This document shows positions 20,411 through 29,823 of a stretch of 64,000 nucleotides of DNA, in pieces; within the stretch, counting starts at the first letter, position 1; every line of letters begins with the position of its first letter. Origin of the DNA: Myxococcota bacterium (GTDB lineage: Bacteria > Myxococcota_A > UBA796 > UBA2385); contig JBIJDH010000007.1 in the NCBI GenBank assembly GCA_044344255.1, forward strand, positions 192,001 to 256,000, read 5' to 3'. The position numbers and the translations under genes were made by a program. The notes beneath the pieces are model-generated. The model saw only the letters and a program-made list of their open reading frames with translations, was not told where the DNA came from and did no database searches.

Positions 20411-21511
20411 TCAGTCTTCGTCCGGTGCGCCTCCTCCCTTCGGCGCCGCCGCGCGGGCCGGGGAACGACCGGGCCCAACCAGCCAGAGGACCGCGATCCC
20501 CCCGATGACCATGAAGAAGAGCTGTTGGAGCCGTACGAGCAGCCCGACGGAGATCGCCACGGGCCAGTCGAGCCCTGCGGTCCACACCAGCAGGCTCACG
20601 AAGAGCGCGTCCCAACCCGCCTGGGAGCCCGGGAGGAGGAACAGTAGCACCGCCCCGGAGGTGGTGATGGCGTAGGTGAAGGCGACGCCGAGGGTGTCCG
20701 GGCTCGCACCGAGGCCGTGGATGCCCACGAGGATCCCCACGATCACCGAGCTGTGGCCGACGAGGGCCCAGGAGGCGGCGCGGGCGTAAGCGAGCGGGCC
20801 GCGGAGGGCGGTCTCAGCGAGGGCGTCGGCGAGGGCGTCCGTGCCGGCCTGGAGGCGGGGGAGGAGGCGCGAGAGGCGGCGGAAGCGGTGGAGCGGGCGG
20901 AGGACGTGGGCGGTCAGGCCCTTCCAGAGCGCAGGGCGTGCGGCGAGCAGGGCGAGCAGCAGCCCACCCAAACCGACGGAGACCGCCGAGATCCCCACGA
21001 GGCCCTCATAGCCGGGGGGCACAGGCAGCTCGGTCACGGCCCAGACGGCGGTGGCCAGGAGCGAGGCGGTGGTGAGCCCCACGATGCGCGCCGCGACGCC
21101 CGAGGCCAGGGAGGGGGCGAGGGGCACGCCATAGCGGCGGTGCGCGAACCAGGCCGCCGCGAACTCCCCCGCCGGGCCGGGGATCGCATAGTTGAGCAGC
21201 AGGCCGGCGGTGATGATGGCGGTGAGCCCCAAGACCGGCGGGCGGACCTGGGGCGGCATCAGCGCCCGCCATCGCAAGGCCATGCTCAAGAAGGCGAGGC
21301 TGATCAGGCAGAGCGCGAGGACCAGCTCACCGGGGCGGGCGCTGTGGAGGAGGCCGTCGAAGGAGGCTCCGCCGATGCCCGAGCTGTGCACGCCCAACGC
21401 GATCAGCAGGAGCGCGCCCACGGTGAGGCCCACCGAGATCAGCCCCTTGCGGACGGCCGCCCGAGCGGCCTCGGCGCTCGGAGGAGCCATCGGTTCAGCG
21501 TCAGTGTCCAT
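20411..21511 (-). CDS. Flippase-like (lysylphosphatidylglycerol synthase TM) membrane protein inside the Tad locus
   Basis: ALRWRAL, LLNYAIPGPAGE, LPGSQAGWD, LLVRL; many TMs. Abuts the regulator stop codon. Confidence 0.75.
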   Translation of the reverse strand: MDTDAEPMAPPSAEAARAAVRKGLISVGLTVGALLLIALGVHSSGIGGASFDGLLHSARPGELVLALCLISLAFLSMALRWRALMPPQVRPPVLGLTAIITAGLLLNYAIPGPAGEFAAAWFAHRRYGVPLAPSLASGVAARIVGLTTASLLATAVWAVTELPVPPGYEGLVGISAVSVGLGGLLLALLAARPALWKGLTAHVLRPLHRFRRLSRLLPRLQAGTDALADALAETALRGPLAYARAASWALVGHSSVIVGILVGIHGLGASPDTLGVAFTYAITTSGAVLLFLLPGSQAGWDALFVSLLVWTAGLDWPVAISVGLLVRLQQLFFMVIGGIAVLWLVGPGRSPARAAAPKGGGAPDED

Positions 21512-22732
21512 TCAAGATCGATCGAGTAGGTTGTACTTGTTCAATTTGTACCGCAAGGTGTTTCGCTCGAGCCCGAGGAGGCGGCCGACCGCGGGGCGAT
21601 CACCGCCCGTCTGTTCGATCGCCTTCGCGAGCAGGTCTCGCTCGATCTGCTCAAGGTGCTCGGTGAGGTTGAAGCCCTCGGAGAGCGTGCTGAGCGGCAG
21701 GACCGAGGACATCGCAGGGCGGATGGGCATGTTGAAGGCGTCGTGACCGAGGACCACGGCGCGCTCGGCGAGGTTGGCGACCTCCCGGACGTTCCCGGGC
21801 CAGCCGTGTTGGATGAGCTGCTCTCGCTGGGCCCCCGTGGGCTTGGGCGGCACCTTCCCGAAGGAGTTGCCGTGCAGGGTGAGGAAGTGTTCGAGCAGGG
21901 GCAGGATGTCATCGGGGTGGTCGCGGAGGGGCGGGCAGCGAATGGTGATGACGGCGAGGCGGAAGTAGAGCTCCGGAGGGATCTCTCCGCGAGCGGCCCG
22001 GAGGTCGATGTTTGGGCTGGCGGTGGCGATGATACGAGGCGGCTGGCCGGCCTCAACCGGGGCGAGCTGGCGCAAGAGGTCGAGCGTGGCCTCGTGGCTC
22101 CACTCGTCGACCATCGGCACGAGGAGTGTGCCAGCGGAGAGGAGCAGGGCCGGCGGGATCTCCTCGAGCGGGCGGGCGACGAGCATCGGCCGGTCGGCGT
22201 CGAGGCCACGCTGGTGCAGGCAGCGGGCGATGTGGCGGCGGCCGCTGCCCGTCTCTCCTTGGACGAGGACCGTGCTGCGGACCAGCGCGACCTTGCCCAC
22301 CTCATCGCGGATGCGGCGCGTGTCGGCGCTCTCACCGACGATGCTGTCCCAGCCGTCCTGGGGCTTTCGGTAGTCGCGGACCCGGCGCAAGAGCTGGTCG
22401 GCCGTCACCGGCTTGGTCAGGAAGTCGAGGGCGCCGAGGCGCATGGCCTCTACCGCGGTCTCGACCGAGCCGAAGGCGGTGAACACAATGGCGTCCACCG
22501 GCGGGACGCAGGCCCGCGCCGCCTGGACGACGGCGAGGCCGTCTACGGGCTCCATGCGCAGATCGGTGAGCACGAGGTCGGTCGGCTTCGACCTCAGCCG
22601 CTCAATGGCGCTGCGCCCATCATAGAAGACCTCGACGGAGTGCCCCTCGCGGCCGAGCAAGATCGCGATGGCCTCCGCCGCGGACCGATGGTCATCCACG
22701 ACGAGGAGGTTCAGTCGAACTCCCGAGCTCAT
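21512..22732 (-). CDS. NtrC-like response regulator (REC-AAA-HTH) with degenerate AAA+ domain
   Basis: REC VDD..LTDLRM..K; GETGSGR; LYFRL; WPGNVRE; Fis-type HTH. No GAFTGA motif. Confidence 0.88.
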   Translation of the reverse strand: MSSGVRLNLLVVDDHRSAAEAIAILLGREGHSVEVFYDGRSAIERLRSKPTDLVLTDLRMEPVDGLAVVQAARACVPPVDAIVFTAFGSVETAVEAMRLGALDFLTKPVTADQLLRRVRDYRKPQDGWDSIVGESADTRRIRDEVGKVALVRSTVLVQGETGSGRRHIARCLHQRGLDADRPMLVARPLEEIPPALLLSAGTLLVPMVDEWSHEATLDLLRQLAPVEAGQPPRIIATASPNIDLRAARGEIPPELYFRLAVITIRCPPLRDHPDDILPLLEHFLTLHGNSFGKVPPKPTGAQREQLIQHGWPGNVREVANLAERAVVLGHDAFNMPIRPAMSSVLPLSTLSEGFNLTEHLEQIERDLLAKAIEQTGGDRPAVGRLLGLERNTLRYKLNKYNLLDRS

Positions 22733-24201
22733 GTCGTCTCACCGCCTCCGAGGGGCAGCGTCGCGGTGAACCGCGCGCCACGCAAGGGGGAGTCCTCACA
22801 TCGCAGCGTGCCACCATGCGCGTCTACGACCTGCTTCACGAGCGCGAGCCCGAGCCCCGTGCCCCCGGGCTTGGATGAATAATATGGCTGAAAGATGCGC
22901 TCACGCAGGTGGGGGGGCACACCGGGGCCGTCATCGTCGACGATGAGCATGACCTGCTTGCCGCGCGGCAAGACGCTCACGGTGACCTGGCCGCCGGATG
23001 AACGCCCGGAGAACTCGATCGCGTTCAGCAGCAGGTTCTCCATGGCGCGGCGGATGAGAGAGCCGTCCAGCGTCGCCGAGAGGCGGCCCGGCGCTTGGAC
23101 CAGCAGGGAGACCTTGCGGGCTCGCGCGGTGGGGTCGGCGAGGGCCGCCGCGCGCTTGACGAGCTCGACCACGTCCACGGGCTCGCGGGAGACCTGGAGG
23201 GGGCCGCTGCCGCGGAGGAAGCGTTGGACGACGCCCTCAAGCACGTGGATCTCGTCTTCGATCTTGAACAGCAGCTTCTCTTGGGTGTCCCGGTCGGGCT
23301 CGGTGCGGGCCAGGGTGCTCAGCAGGGACAAGCTCTGCAGCGGGTTGCGGACCTCGTGGGCGACCATCGACGAGAGCTGCTTGACGACCGCCATCCGGCC
23401 CTGGATGTCGTCCTCTCGGGCTTCGAAGCTGCTCGCGAGGGCGTTGACGGCGCGGGCGAGCTGCGCGATCTCCTCGGGCCCGCGGGGGTTGACCCGCATC
23501 CCGCGCGCGCCGGAGGCCACCTTGGCGGCGTAGTCCGAGATCTCTCGAACCGGAGAGAGAAGCCATCGAACGCCGAAGATCACGACCAGGCCGGCGACGG
23601 AGCTCAGCCCCAACAGGAGCGAGGTCGTACGACGTCGGGCCGCGGCGAGGGGTACGAGGTATTCGGCCTCCGCGACGGCGATGATCGTGCCGATCGGCGC
23701 GCCGCGGCCGTCTTGGTAGATCGGGGAGCAGGCCGCGAAGAGGGCGAGGCCCTCGAACTCGAAGAGGGTGGCGTCGGGGCGCTCCTGCTCGAGCTCGGGC
23801 TCGACTCCGTCGGCGGGGGGGCTCGTCCGGCAGGCGCGGCGCAGGTCCGGGCGGAGGGGCGCGCCATACTGGCGGCCTTGGGCGGCGGGGGAGGAGGCGA
23901 CCAGGTCCCAGGTGGGCGTGACCAGGAGCAGCTCACGGATCTGCGCGGTGGAGCGCGCCTCGTCGAGCAGCTGCTCCATCGGCATCCGCGCTCCGCCCAG
24001 CGCCGCGCTCAGCGCCTCGGGGGTGGGGCTTTGGCTGTAGGCGGGGAGGACCGACTGGAGCAAGGTCGAAGACATACGAGCGACGACGCTGAGCTGGCGC
24101 CCCTCGTCGGCCTCTTGACGTTGGCCGGAGTCTCGCACGGCGGGCAGCCAGGCCGTGGCGATCGAGGCCGCCACGATACCTCCGGCCGCCAACGACAACA
24201 T
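22729..24201 (-). CDS. Sensor histidine kinase (TM-HAMP-HisKA-HATPase)
   Basis: AHEVRNPL, ENLLLNA, DDDGPG, GTGLGL. Start position uncertain. Confidence 0.92.
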   Translation of the reverse strand: MLSLAAGGIVAASIATAWLPAVRDSGQRQEADEGRQLSVVARMSSTLLQSVLPAYSQSPTPEALSAALGGARMPMEQLLDEARSTAQIRELLLVTPTWDLVASSPAAQGRQYGAPLRPDLRRACRTSPPADGVEPELEQERPDATLFEFEGLALFAACSPIYQDGRGAPIGTIIAVAEAEYLVPLAAARRRTTSLLLGLSSVAGLVVIFGVRWLLSPVREISDYAAKVASGARGMRVNPRGPEEIAQLARAVNALASSFEAREDDIQGRMAVVKQLSSMVAHEVRNPLQSLSLLSTLARTEPDRDTQEKLLFKIEDEIHVLEGVVQRFLRGSGPLQVSREPVDVVELVKRAAALADPTARARKVSLLVQAPGRLSATLDGSLIRRAMENLLLNAIEFSGRSSGGQVTVSVLPRGKQVMLIVDDDGPGVPPHLRERIFQPYYSSKPGGTGLGLALVKQVVDAHGGTLRCEDSPLRGARFTATLPLGGGETT

Positions 24202-24247
24202 CGTGCTGGCGGACCCGACCGGCAGGCGCAGGGCGATGCGGGGCGCC

Positions 24248-24532
24248 CTACTGGACGGCGAACTGTGAGGTGGACTCGGCCTTGCCGGACTCCTTGTCCG
24301 TGGTCTCCTCTTCGACGCGCTGGCGGAGGAGCAGGCCCTCCCGCCCGGTGAGCACGTAGCCGTCATTGGCGACGCTCGGCCGCTTGAGGTCGGCCTGAGT
24401 GGTCATCGAGGCGCTGTAGGCGCGCGCGAAGTCGTACTGGAGGTGGGTGGGGGTCCCGCAGGCTCCGAGCAGGAGCGCGGCCAAAGAGAGGGGCCCGAGG
24501 GGGCGAGGGGAGCGCGGCGCGGCGTGGCTCAT
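24248..24532 (-). CDS. Small Tad-associated lipoprotein
   Basis: Lipobox LGAC. ATGA-type coupling to tadD. Confidence 0.7.
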   Translation of the reverse strand: MSHAAPRSPRPLGPLSLAALLLGACGTPTHLQYDFARAYSASMTTQADLKRPSVANDGYVLTGREGLLLRQRVEEETTDKESGKAESTSQFAVQ

Positions 24533-25299
24533 GGCGACTTCTCCGGTGCAGGGGGCGCGAGGCGGTGGATGGCTTCCTCGGCCGAGCGGAAATTGGGGTT
24601 GGCCTTCAGAGCGGACCTGTAGTGGCCGAGGGCGGCTGCGCCATCTCCGCGCAGCTCAAGCCCATAGGCGAGGTTGTAGTGAGCGTCTGCCTCGGCGCCG
24701 GCGGCGCGGAAGACCCGCCAGGCCTCCTGCTCCTTGCCAGCGGCGACCAGGGCGAAGCCGAGGTTGTTCTTGGTGAGCGGCTTGGATGCGTCGAGCTTCA
24801 GCGCACGTCGGAGGGGGGCCACGGCGTCGGCCGGGCGACCGGCGGCCATGAGCGCGAAGCCCAGGTTGTTCTCGATGTCGGCTCGGTCCTCGGCGAGGCG
24901 GGCCGCGTTCTCGAAGGCCTGCACGGAGAGCTCGAGCTCCTTCCGATCCATGCGCACGATGCCGAGCTGGTTCCAGGCGTCGGCGTTGCGGGAGTGGCGG
25001 GCCACCACGCGCTCCAGCATGTCGGCGGCGTCGTCGAGGAGGCCGATCTGACCGAGGGCGCGCGCTTGGAGCACGTCGATGTCGGGGCCGTCCGTGCCCT
25101 CGGCGCGCATCTGCCCGAGCAGGCTCAGGGCCTGCTCCGCCGCGCCCCCCTCCAACATGGCGGTCGCCAGCTCGAGCTTGGCCCGCTCCCGGCCGTTCTG
25201 GGTGCTCCACGCGGGCGCGGGCTCAACCACCGTCGGCAGCTTCTTCTTGCCGCAGGCGAAGAGGAGCACGGTCGCCAGGAGCAGCGTGGAGCGCATCAT
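24529..25299 (-). CDS. tadD: TadD-like TPR lipoprotein (pilotin)
   Basis: Lipobox FAC, TPRs with NNLGFAL repeats, position after tadC. Confidence 0.82.
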   Translation of the reverse strand: MMRSTLLLATVLLFACGKKKLPTVVEPAPAWSTQNGRERAKLELATAMLEGGAAEQALSLLGQMRAEGTDGPDIDVLQARALGQIGLLDDAADMLERVVARHSRNADAWNQLGIVRMDRKELELSVQAFENAARLAEDRADIENNLGFALMAAGRPADAVAPLRRALKLDASKPLTKNNLGFALVAAGKEQEAWRVFRAAGAEADAHYNLAYGLELRGDGAAALGHYRSALKANPNFRSAEEAIHRLAPPAPEKSP

Positions 25300-26261
25300 C
25301 TCCCCCCGTTGAGCAGGGGCATCAGGTTCCGGTAGAGGTTGATACCCGCGGGGCCCACCAGAACGACGAAGAGGGCAGGCATGATGAACAGGATCATCAC
25401 GACCGTGAGCTTGGGAGAGATCTTGGCGGCGGCCTCTTCGGCGCTGAGCATGCGCTTCTTGCGGACGAGCTCCGAGTGGATCCGGAGGGCGCGAGCCACG
25501 CTGGTGCCGAATCGTTCCGCTTGAACGAGCGTGTTGACGAGGGAGTTGACCTCGGCCAGGCCGGTGCGGTAGTCGAGGCGCCGCAGCGCGTCGAGGCGCG
25601 GCAGCCCCGCCGCTGTCTCGTGGTTCACCATCTGGAGCTCGCGGGCGAGCTCGGGCGCGGCGCTCTCCATCTCGGCGGCTACCCGGCGCAGGGCCGCGTC
25701 GAGCCCGAGCCCGGCCTCCACGGAGCTCACGAGGAGGTCGAGGGCGTCCGGGAAGGGCCGGAGGAGGGTCTCCTTTCGGGCGGCCAGGCGGAACCGGAGC
25801 ATGAGCGTCGGGCCGAAGTAGCCGACCGAGGCGCCCAGAGTGCCGAAGAAGGTGGTGTAGAGCCAGAATTTGAAGCGTGGGAGATCGTCGGGCAGGAAGT
25901 GCAGCACTGGCATGAGGAGCAGTGCGGGCACGACGATCAGCATGATCACCCGGAGCACGCTGTAGATCTCGAGGGCGTTGCGGTTTCGGAAGCCGGCGAC
26001 CACGAGCTCCCTTCGCAGCTTGTCAGACTCATCCTCGTCTTTCGGGCGGGCCAGCGAGGCGATGTTCGAGGTCACCGAGGCGGTGGTGGACATGTTCACG
26101 AGGGAGTCGGCCTCGCGACGCCCTCCGGTGAGGTCGACCACGCGGTCTCGGGCGGTGCGCTCCGGGTTGAGGAGCTTCATGACGCCGTAGAACAGGGCCC
26201 CCATCGAGATGAAGGTGGCCGCGACGACGACCGCGCCGAACTGTTCGAGATCGATGCCCAT
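25296..26261 (-). CDS. tadC: Tad inner-membrane platform protein TadC
   Basis: FPDALDLLVSSVEAGLGLD, QAERFGTSVA, AEEAAAK..KL. Confidence 0.93.
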   Translation of the reverse strand: MGIDLEQFGAVVVAATFISMGALFYGVMKLLNPERTARDRVVDLTGGRREADSLVNMSTTASVTSNIASLARPKDEDESDKLRRELVVAGFRNRNALEIYSVLRVIMLIVVPALLLMPVLHFLPDDLPRFKFWLYTTFFGTLGASVGYFGPTLMLRFRLAARKETLLRPFPDALDLLVSSVEAGLGLDAALRRVAAEMESAAPELARELQMVNHETAAGLPRLDALRRLDYRTGLAEVNSLVNTLVQAERFGTSVARALRIHSELVRKKRMLSAEEAAAKISPKLTVVMILFIMPALFVVLVGPAGINLYRNLMPLLNGGR

Positions 26262-26262
26262 C

Positions 26263-27222
26263 TTAGACGTCCACCTGGGTCATGCGGTACATCACGAAGG
26301 CACCGCTGCTGAACATTCCGAGCGCCAGCGCGGCGAGGAAGTTGCCGATGGAGTCTGTCCACAGGATGGCGAGGTAGTCTCGTTTCATCACGAAGATGAT
26401 GGAGAACACCACGAAGGGCAGGCAGCCGAGGATGATCGCCGAGGCCTTGGCCTCGGAGGTGAGCGCGTTGACCTTGGCGTGGAACACGAAGCGGTCGCGG
26501 ACGGTCTGCGAGATGTTGGTCAGGATCTCGATCAGATTTCCGCCCGTGTCTCGCTGGAGATTCACCGAGCTGACGAAGATTCGGAGGTCGAAATTCCGTG
26601 GGTTTCGCACCGAGAAGTTGTTCAGACACTCTCGGAAGTCACGACCGAGGTTGTGCTCCTCGTAGACCCGGGCGAATTCGAAGGAGATCGGCGGCTGCAT
26701 CTCTTCGGCGCAGAGCCGGATCGCGTCGGAGAGCCCATGGCCCGCTTGAAGCGAGCGACCGATGAGGTCGAGCGCGTCGGGGAGCTGCTCGGAGAGCTGT
26801 TCGGCGCGGCTGTTCGCCTGCGAGTTGGCGATGAGCACGGGGATGAACGCCGTGAACAGACCGACCAGACAGACCGCGCTCTTGGTGATCACGAAGAGGG
26901 TGACCGTGGTGACGAGCACCCACAAGAACATCCGGACCAGGAGGCCCTGGATCGTCAGGCCCACGCCGGTCTGCCGGACGAGGCTCTCGAGCGAGGTGCC
27001 CAAGGCCCCGAAGCTCTCGGCCATCGGGTCTCGGTTCTGCAGGATGAACAGGCTCTCGAGGTCTTGATCGTAGGTGGTGCCCAGCCGGCGGGAGATCTCC
27101 TGGGCCCGGCCCTCCTCACGACCCTGCCATCCCCAGAAGAGGAAGCCGCTCACCAGGAGGACGCCGATGAAGACGGCGCCAGAGACCACAATGACCGTGA
27201 CGGGGGGCATCGCGTTCCTCAC
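26263..27222 (-). CDS. tadB: Tad inner-membrane platform protein TadB
   Basis: QLPDALDLIGRSLQAGH, QRDTGGNLIEIL, ALTSEAKASA. Confidence 0.93.
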   Translation of the reverse strand: MRNAMPPVTVIVVSGAVFIGVLLVSGFLFWGWQGREEGRAQEISRRLGTTYDQDLESLFILQNRDPMAESFGALGTSLESLVRQTGVGLTIQGLLVRMFLWVLVTTVTLFVITKSAVCLVGLFTAFIPVLIANSQANSRAEQLSEQLPDALDLIGRSLQAGHGLSDAIRLCAEEMQPPISFEFARVYEEHNLGRDFRECLNNFSVRNPRNFDLRIFVSSVNLQRDTGGNLIEILTNISQTVRDRFVFHAKVNALTSEAKASAIILGCLPFVVFSIIFVMKRDYLAILWTDSIGNFLAALALGMFSSGAFVMYRMTQVDV

Positions 27223-28562
27223 ACGTCCAGGCGGTATCGGAAGAGCTCGCTCGGGAGCTGAATGCCCACCATCGCGAGGCGACCCATGAACTTGGGCCGG
27301 ACGCCGGAGGACAAGAAGGCGCCGCGCACCTTGCCCTCGTCATCCACCGTCTTCTGATTGAAGGTGAAGATGTCCTGCGTCGTGATGACCGAACCCTCCA
27401 TGCCGGTGATCTCGGTGAAGGCGAGGACGCGGCGGGAGCCGTCGGAGAGGCGGTCGAGCTGGATGATGCCGTCGAGGGCGCGGGCGATCATCTCGCGGAT
27501 GTTCTTGTCGCCGAGGTTCGGCATCCCCATCCCGATCATGGTCTCGAGGCGGGCGAGAGCGTCGCGGGTAGAGTTGGCGTGAACGGTGGCCAGCGAACCT
27601 TCATGGCCGGTGTTCATCGCCTGGAGCATGTCGATGGCCTCGGCGCCGCGGATCTCACCGAGGATGATGCGGTCGGGGCGCATGCGGAGGGCGTTCTTGA
27701 CGAGATCCCGGGCGGTGACCTCGCCCCGCCCCTCGAGGTTGGCCGGGCGGGTCTCCAGGCGGACGACGTGAGCGCCTTGGAGCTGGAGCTCGGCGGCGTC
27801 CTCGATGGTCAGCACGCGCTCGCCGCTGGGCACGCTGTTCGACAGCACGTTCAGCATCGTCGTCTTGCCGGAGCCGGTGCCCCCGCTGATGAGGATGTTG
27901 AGCTTGGCCTTCACGCAGGCCTTGAGCAGGTCCATCAAGGGCGCGGGGCAGGACCCATACGCGACGAGGTCGTCGGCGGTGATGGGCACGGTGCCGAAGC
28001 GGCGAATGGAGACCGTCGGGCCGTCGAGCGCCAGGGGCGGGATGATGGCGTTGAAGCGGCTCCCGTCTTGGAGACGGGCGTCCACCATCGGGTTGGTCTC
28101 GTCGATACGACGACCGACCGCGCTGACGATGCGATCGATGATCTGCATGAGGTGCGCGGAGCTGTTGAAGCGCACATCCGACTTCTGTAGCTTGCCCTTC
28201 CGCTCTACGTAGACCGTCTCATGGCCGTTGATCAGGATGTCCGAGATCTCGGGATCGCGGAGCAGGGGCTCGAGGGGGCCGAGCCCCATGATCTCGTCGA
28301 GGATCTCCTCGACGAGCCGCTCCCGCTCGAGGCGGTTGAGGGGGAGCTGCCGCGCCTCGACGGTGTCCGAGAGCGTGTTCCGGAGCCGGCTGGCGAGCTC
28401 CTCCCGGGGTGTGCGACCGACCTGCTCGAAGTCCAACGACTCGATCAGCTCGCGGTGGAGCTGGTTCTTGATGCGGTCGAACTCGACAGAGTCCGTCGGC
28501 ATCCCCGCCTTCAGGGGCTGGTGGGCCCTGCGGACGCGGTCGATCAGGCGAGAGGGCGTCAT
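27219..28562 (-). CDS. cpaF: Pilus assembly ATPase CpaF/TadA
   Basis: [47 protein letters not shown]. Confidence 0.96.
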   Translation of the reverse strand: MTPSRLIDRVRRAHQPLKAGMPTDSVEFDRIKNQLHRELIESLDFEQVGRTPREELASRLRNTLSDTVEARQLPLNRLERERLVEEILDEIMGLGPLEPLLRDPEISDILINGHETVYVERKGKLQKSDVRFNSSAHLMQIIDRIVSAVGRRIDETNPMVDARLQDGSRFNAIIPPLALDGPTVSIRRFGTVPITADDLVAYGSCPAPLMDLLKACVKAKLNILISGGTGSGKTTMLNVLSNSVPSGERVLTIEDAAELQLQGAHVVRLETRPANLEGRGEVTARDLVKNALRMRPDRIILGEIRGAEAIDMLQAMNTGHEGSLATVHANSTRDALARLETMIGMGMPNLGDKNIREMIARALDGIIQLDRLSDGSRRVLAFTEITGMEGSVITTQDIFTFNQKTVDDEGKVRGAFLSSGVRPKFMGRLAMVGIQLPSELFRYRLDV

Positions 28563-28608
28563 CCGTGGCGTTTCCAGGTGGAGGGTGCGTCAGGTCAGGC
28601 GGTTCGGA

Positions 28609-29787
28609 CTACTTCTTGAACAGGTGCCAGAAGGGCTTCGAGCCGCCTCCGGTCTCCACCTTCGCGGCTCGCTCGGTGACCAGCGGGACCGTGGCTTGGA
28701 TGTCCAGGCAGGCCGGGGAGCGACGATCGATGTCGCGCAGCAGCTTGCCGACGTTCGCCGCCTTGTTGCAGGTGGCGTGGTCAGACGTGATGGTCGCGGC
28801 CACCTCGATGCCGAGGTTCGACTCGATGTCCTTGAGGTTGAGCTCTGCGCCCTTACCCCATTGGTTGATGATGAGGCGGATGGCGTCCTTCTCGAGGCCG
28901 AGGCGCTCCAGCATCTGGAGGCGGCGCCAGCAGTTCTTCACCGCGACGACGGTGGGCGTGCAGACGAGCAGCACCACGTCGGCCACGGTGGTGGCGATGA
29001 GGGTCGCCTCGTCGATGCGCCCCCCGCAGTCCACGATGACGTACTGGTAGGCGTCGGCGGTGGCGGTGAGGACCTGGAGGATGTCCTCGCCGCGGATCTC
29101 GTCCTTCTCGTTGATCTCATTCGGCTGCGAGAGCACGTGCACCTTGGAGGGATGCACCGCCACCGAGCCGTTGAGCATCCGCTCGTCGAGCCGGGCCAGG
29201 TTGCGCAGCACGTCGTGAATCGAGCTCTGCGGGCGCAGGTCGAGGTAGACGGCGACGTCTCCCATCGAGAAGTCGAGGTCGACCACGCACACCCGCTCGA
29301 CGGCCGAGAGCTCGGCGGCGAGGTTGATTGCGTAGGTCGTGACGCCAGCGCCGCCCTTGGTGCCGAGCACCGCGATGACCTTGCCCTGGTCGTCATCTTC
29401 GGAGGTATAGGCCGAGTCGTGGACCGCCCGCCGGAGCAGCTCTCCGTCTTCGGGCAAGACGACGTACTCGCGGTAGCCGGCGCGCATCGCCGAGCGGATC
29501 CGCTCGGGATCGGGCTTCTCCGAGATGGCGACCATGTGGAGGCCGTTGACCTCTACGGAGAGCGCTTGACCGAGGCGGACGGCCTCTTCGTAGTTGGCGT
29601 CGAAGCCCATCACCAGCACGTTGGGGCGGGTCTTCCGCACCACCTGCATGGCGTCTTCGTATGACGTCGAGTTGGTCGGGAGCACCGCCTCGGTGCCGAG
29701 GCAGTCCCGAATCAACCCCATCCCCTTGCTGGACACGCCGACCACGACGATGGAGGCGGCGCCTCGGGTCAGCCTTCCTGTTCGCAT
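28609..29787 (-). CDS. cpaE: CpaE/TadZ (pseudo-receiver + MinD/ParA-like ATPase)
   Basis: AMRAGYREY, deviant Walker A KGGAGVTT, VDLD...GD. Confidence 0.9.
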   Translation of the reverse strand: MRTGRLTRGAASIVVVGVSSKGMGLIRDCLGTEAVLPTNSTSYEDAMQVVRKTRPNVLVMGFDANYEEAVRLGQALSVEVNGLHMVAISEKPDPERIRSAMRAGYREYVVLPEDGELLRRAVHDSAYTSEDDDQGKVIAVLGTKGGAGVTTYAINLAAELSAVERVCVVDLDFSMGDVAVYLDLRPQSSIHDVLRNLARLDERMLNGSVAVHPSKVHVLSQPNEINEKDEIRGEDILQVLTATADAYQYVIVDCGGRIDEATLIATTVADVVLLVCTPTVVAVKNCWRRLQMLERLGLEKDAIRLIINQWGKGAELNLKDIESNLGIEVAATITSDHATCNKAANVGKLLRDIDRRSPACLDIQATVPLVTERAAKVETGGGSKPFWHLFKK

Positions 29788-29823
29788 CTGCTCAATTCCT
29801 CCAAGGTGATGGCCCTGAAGGGC

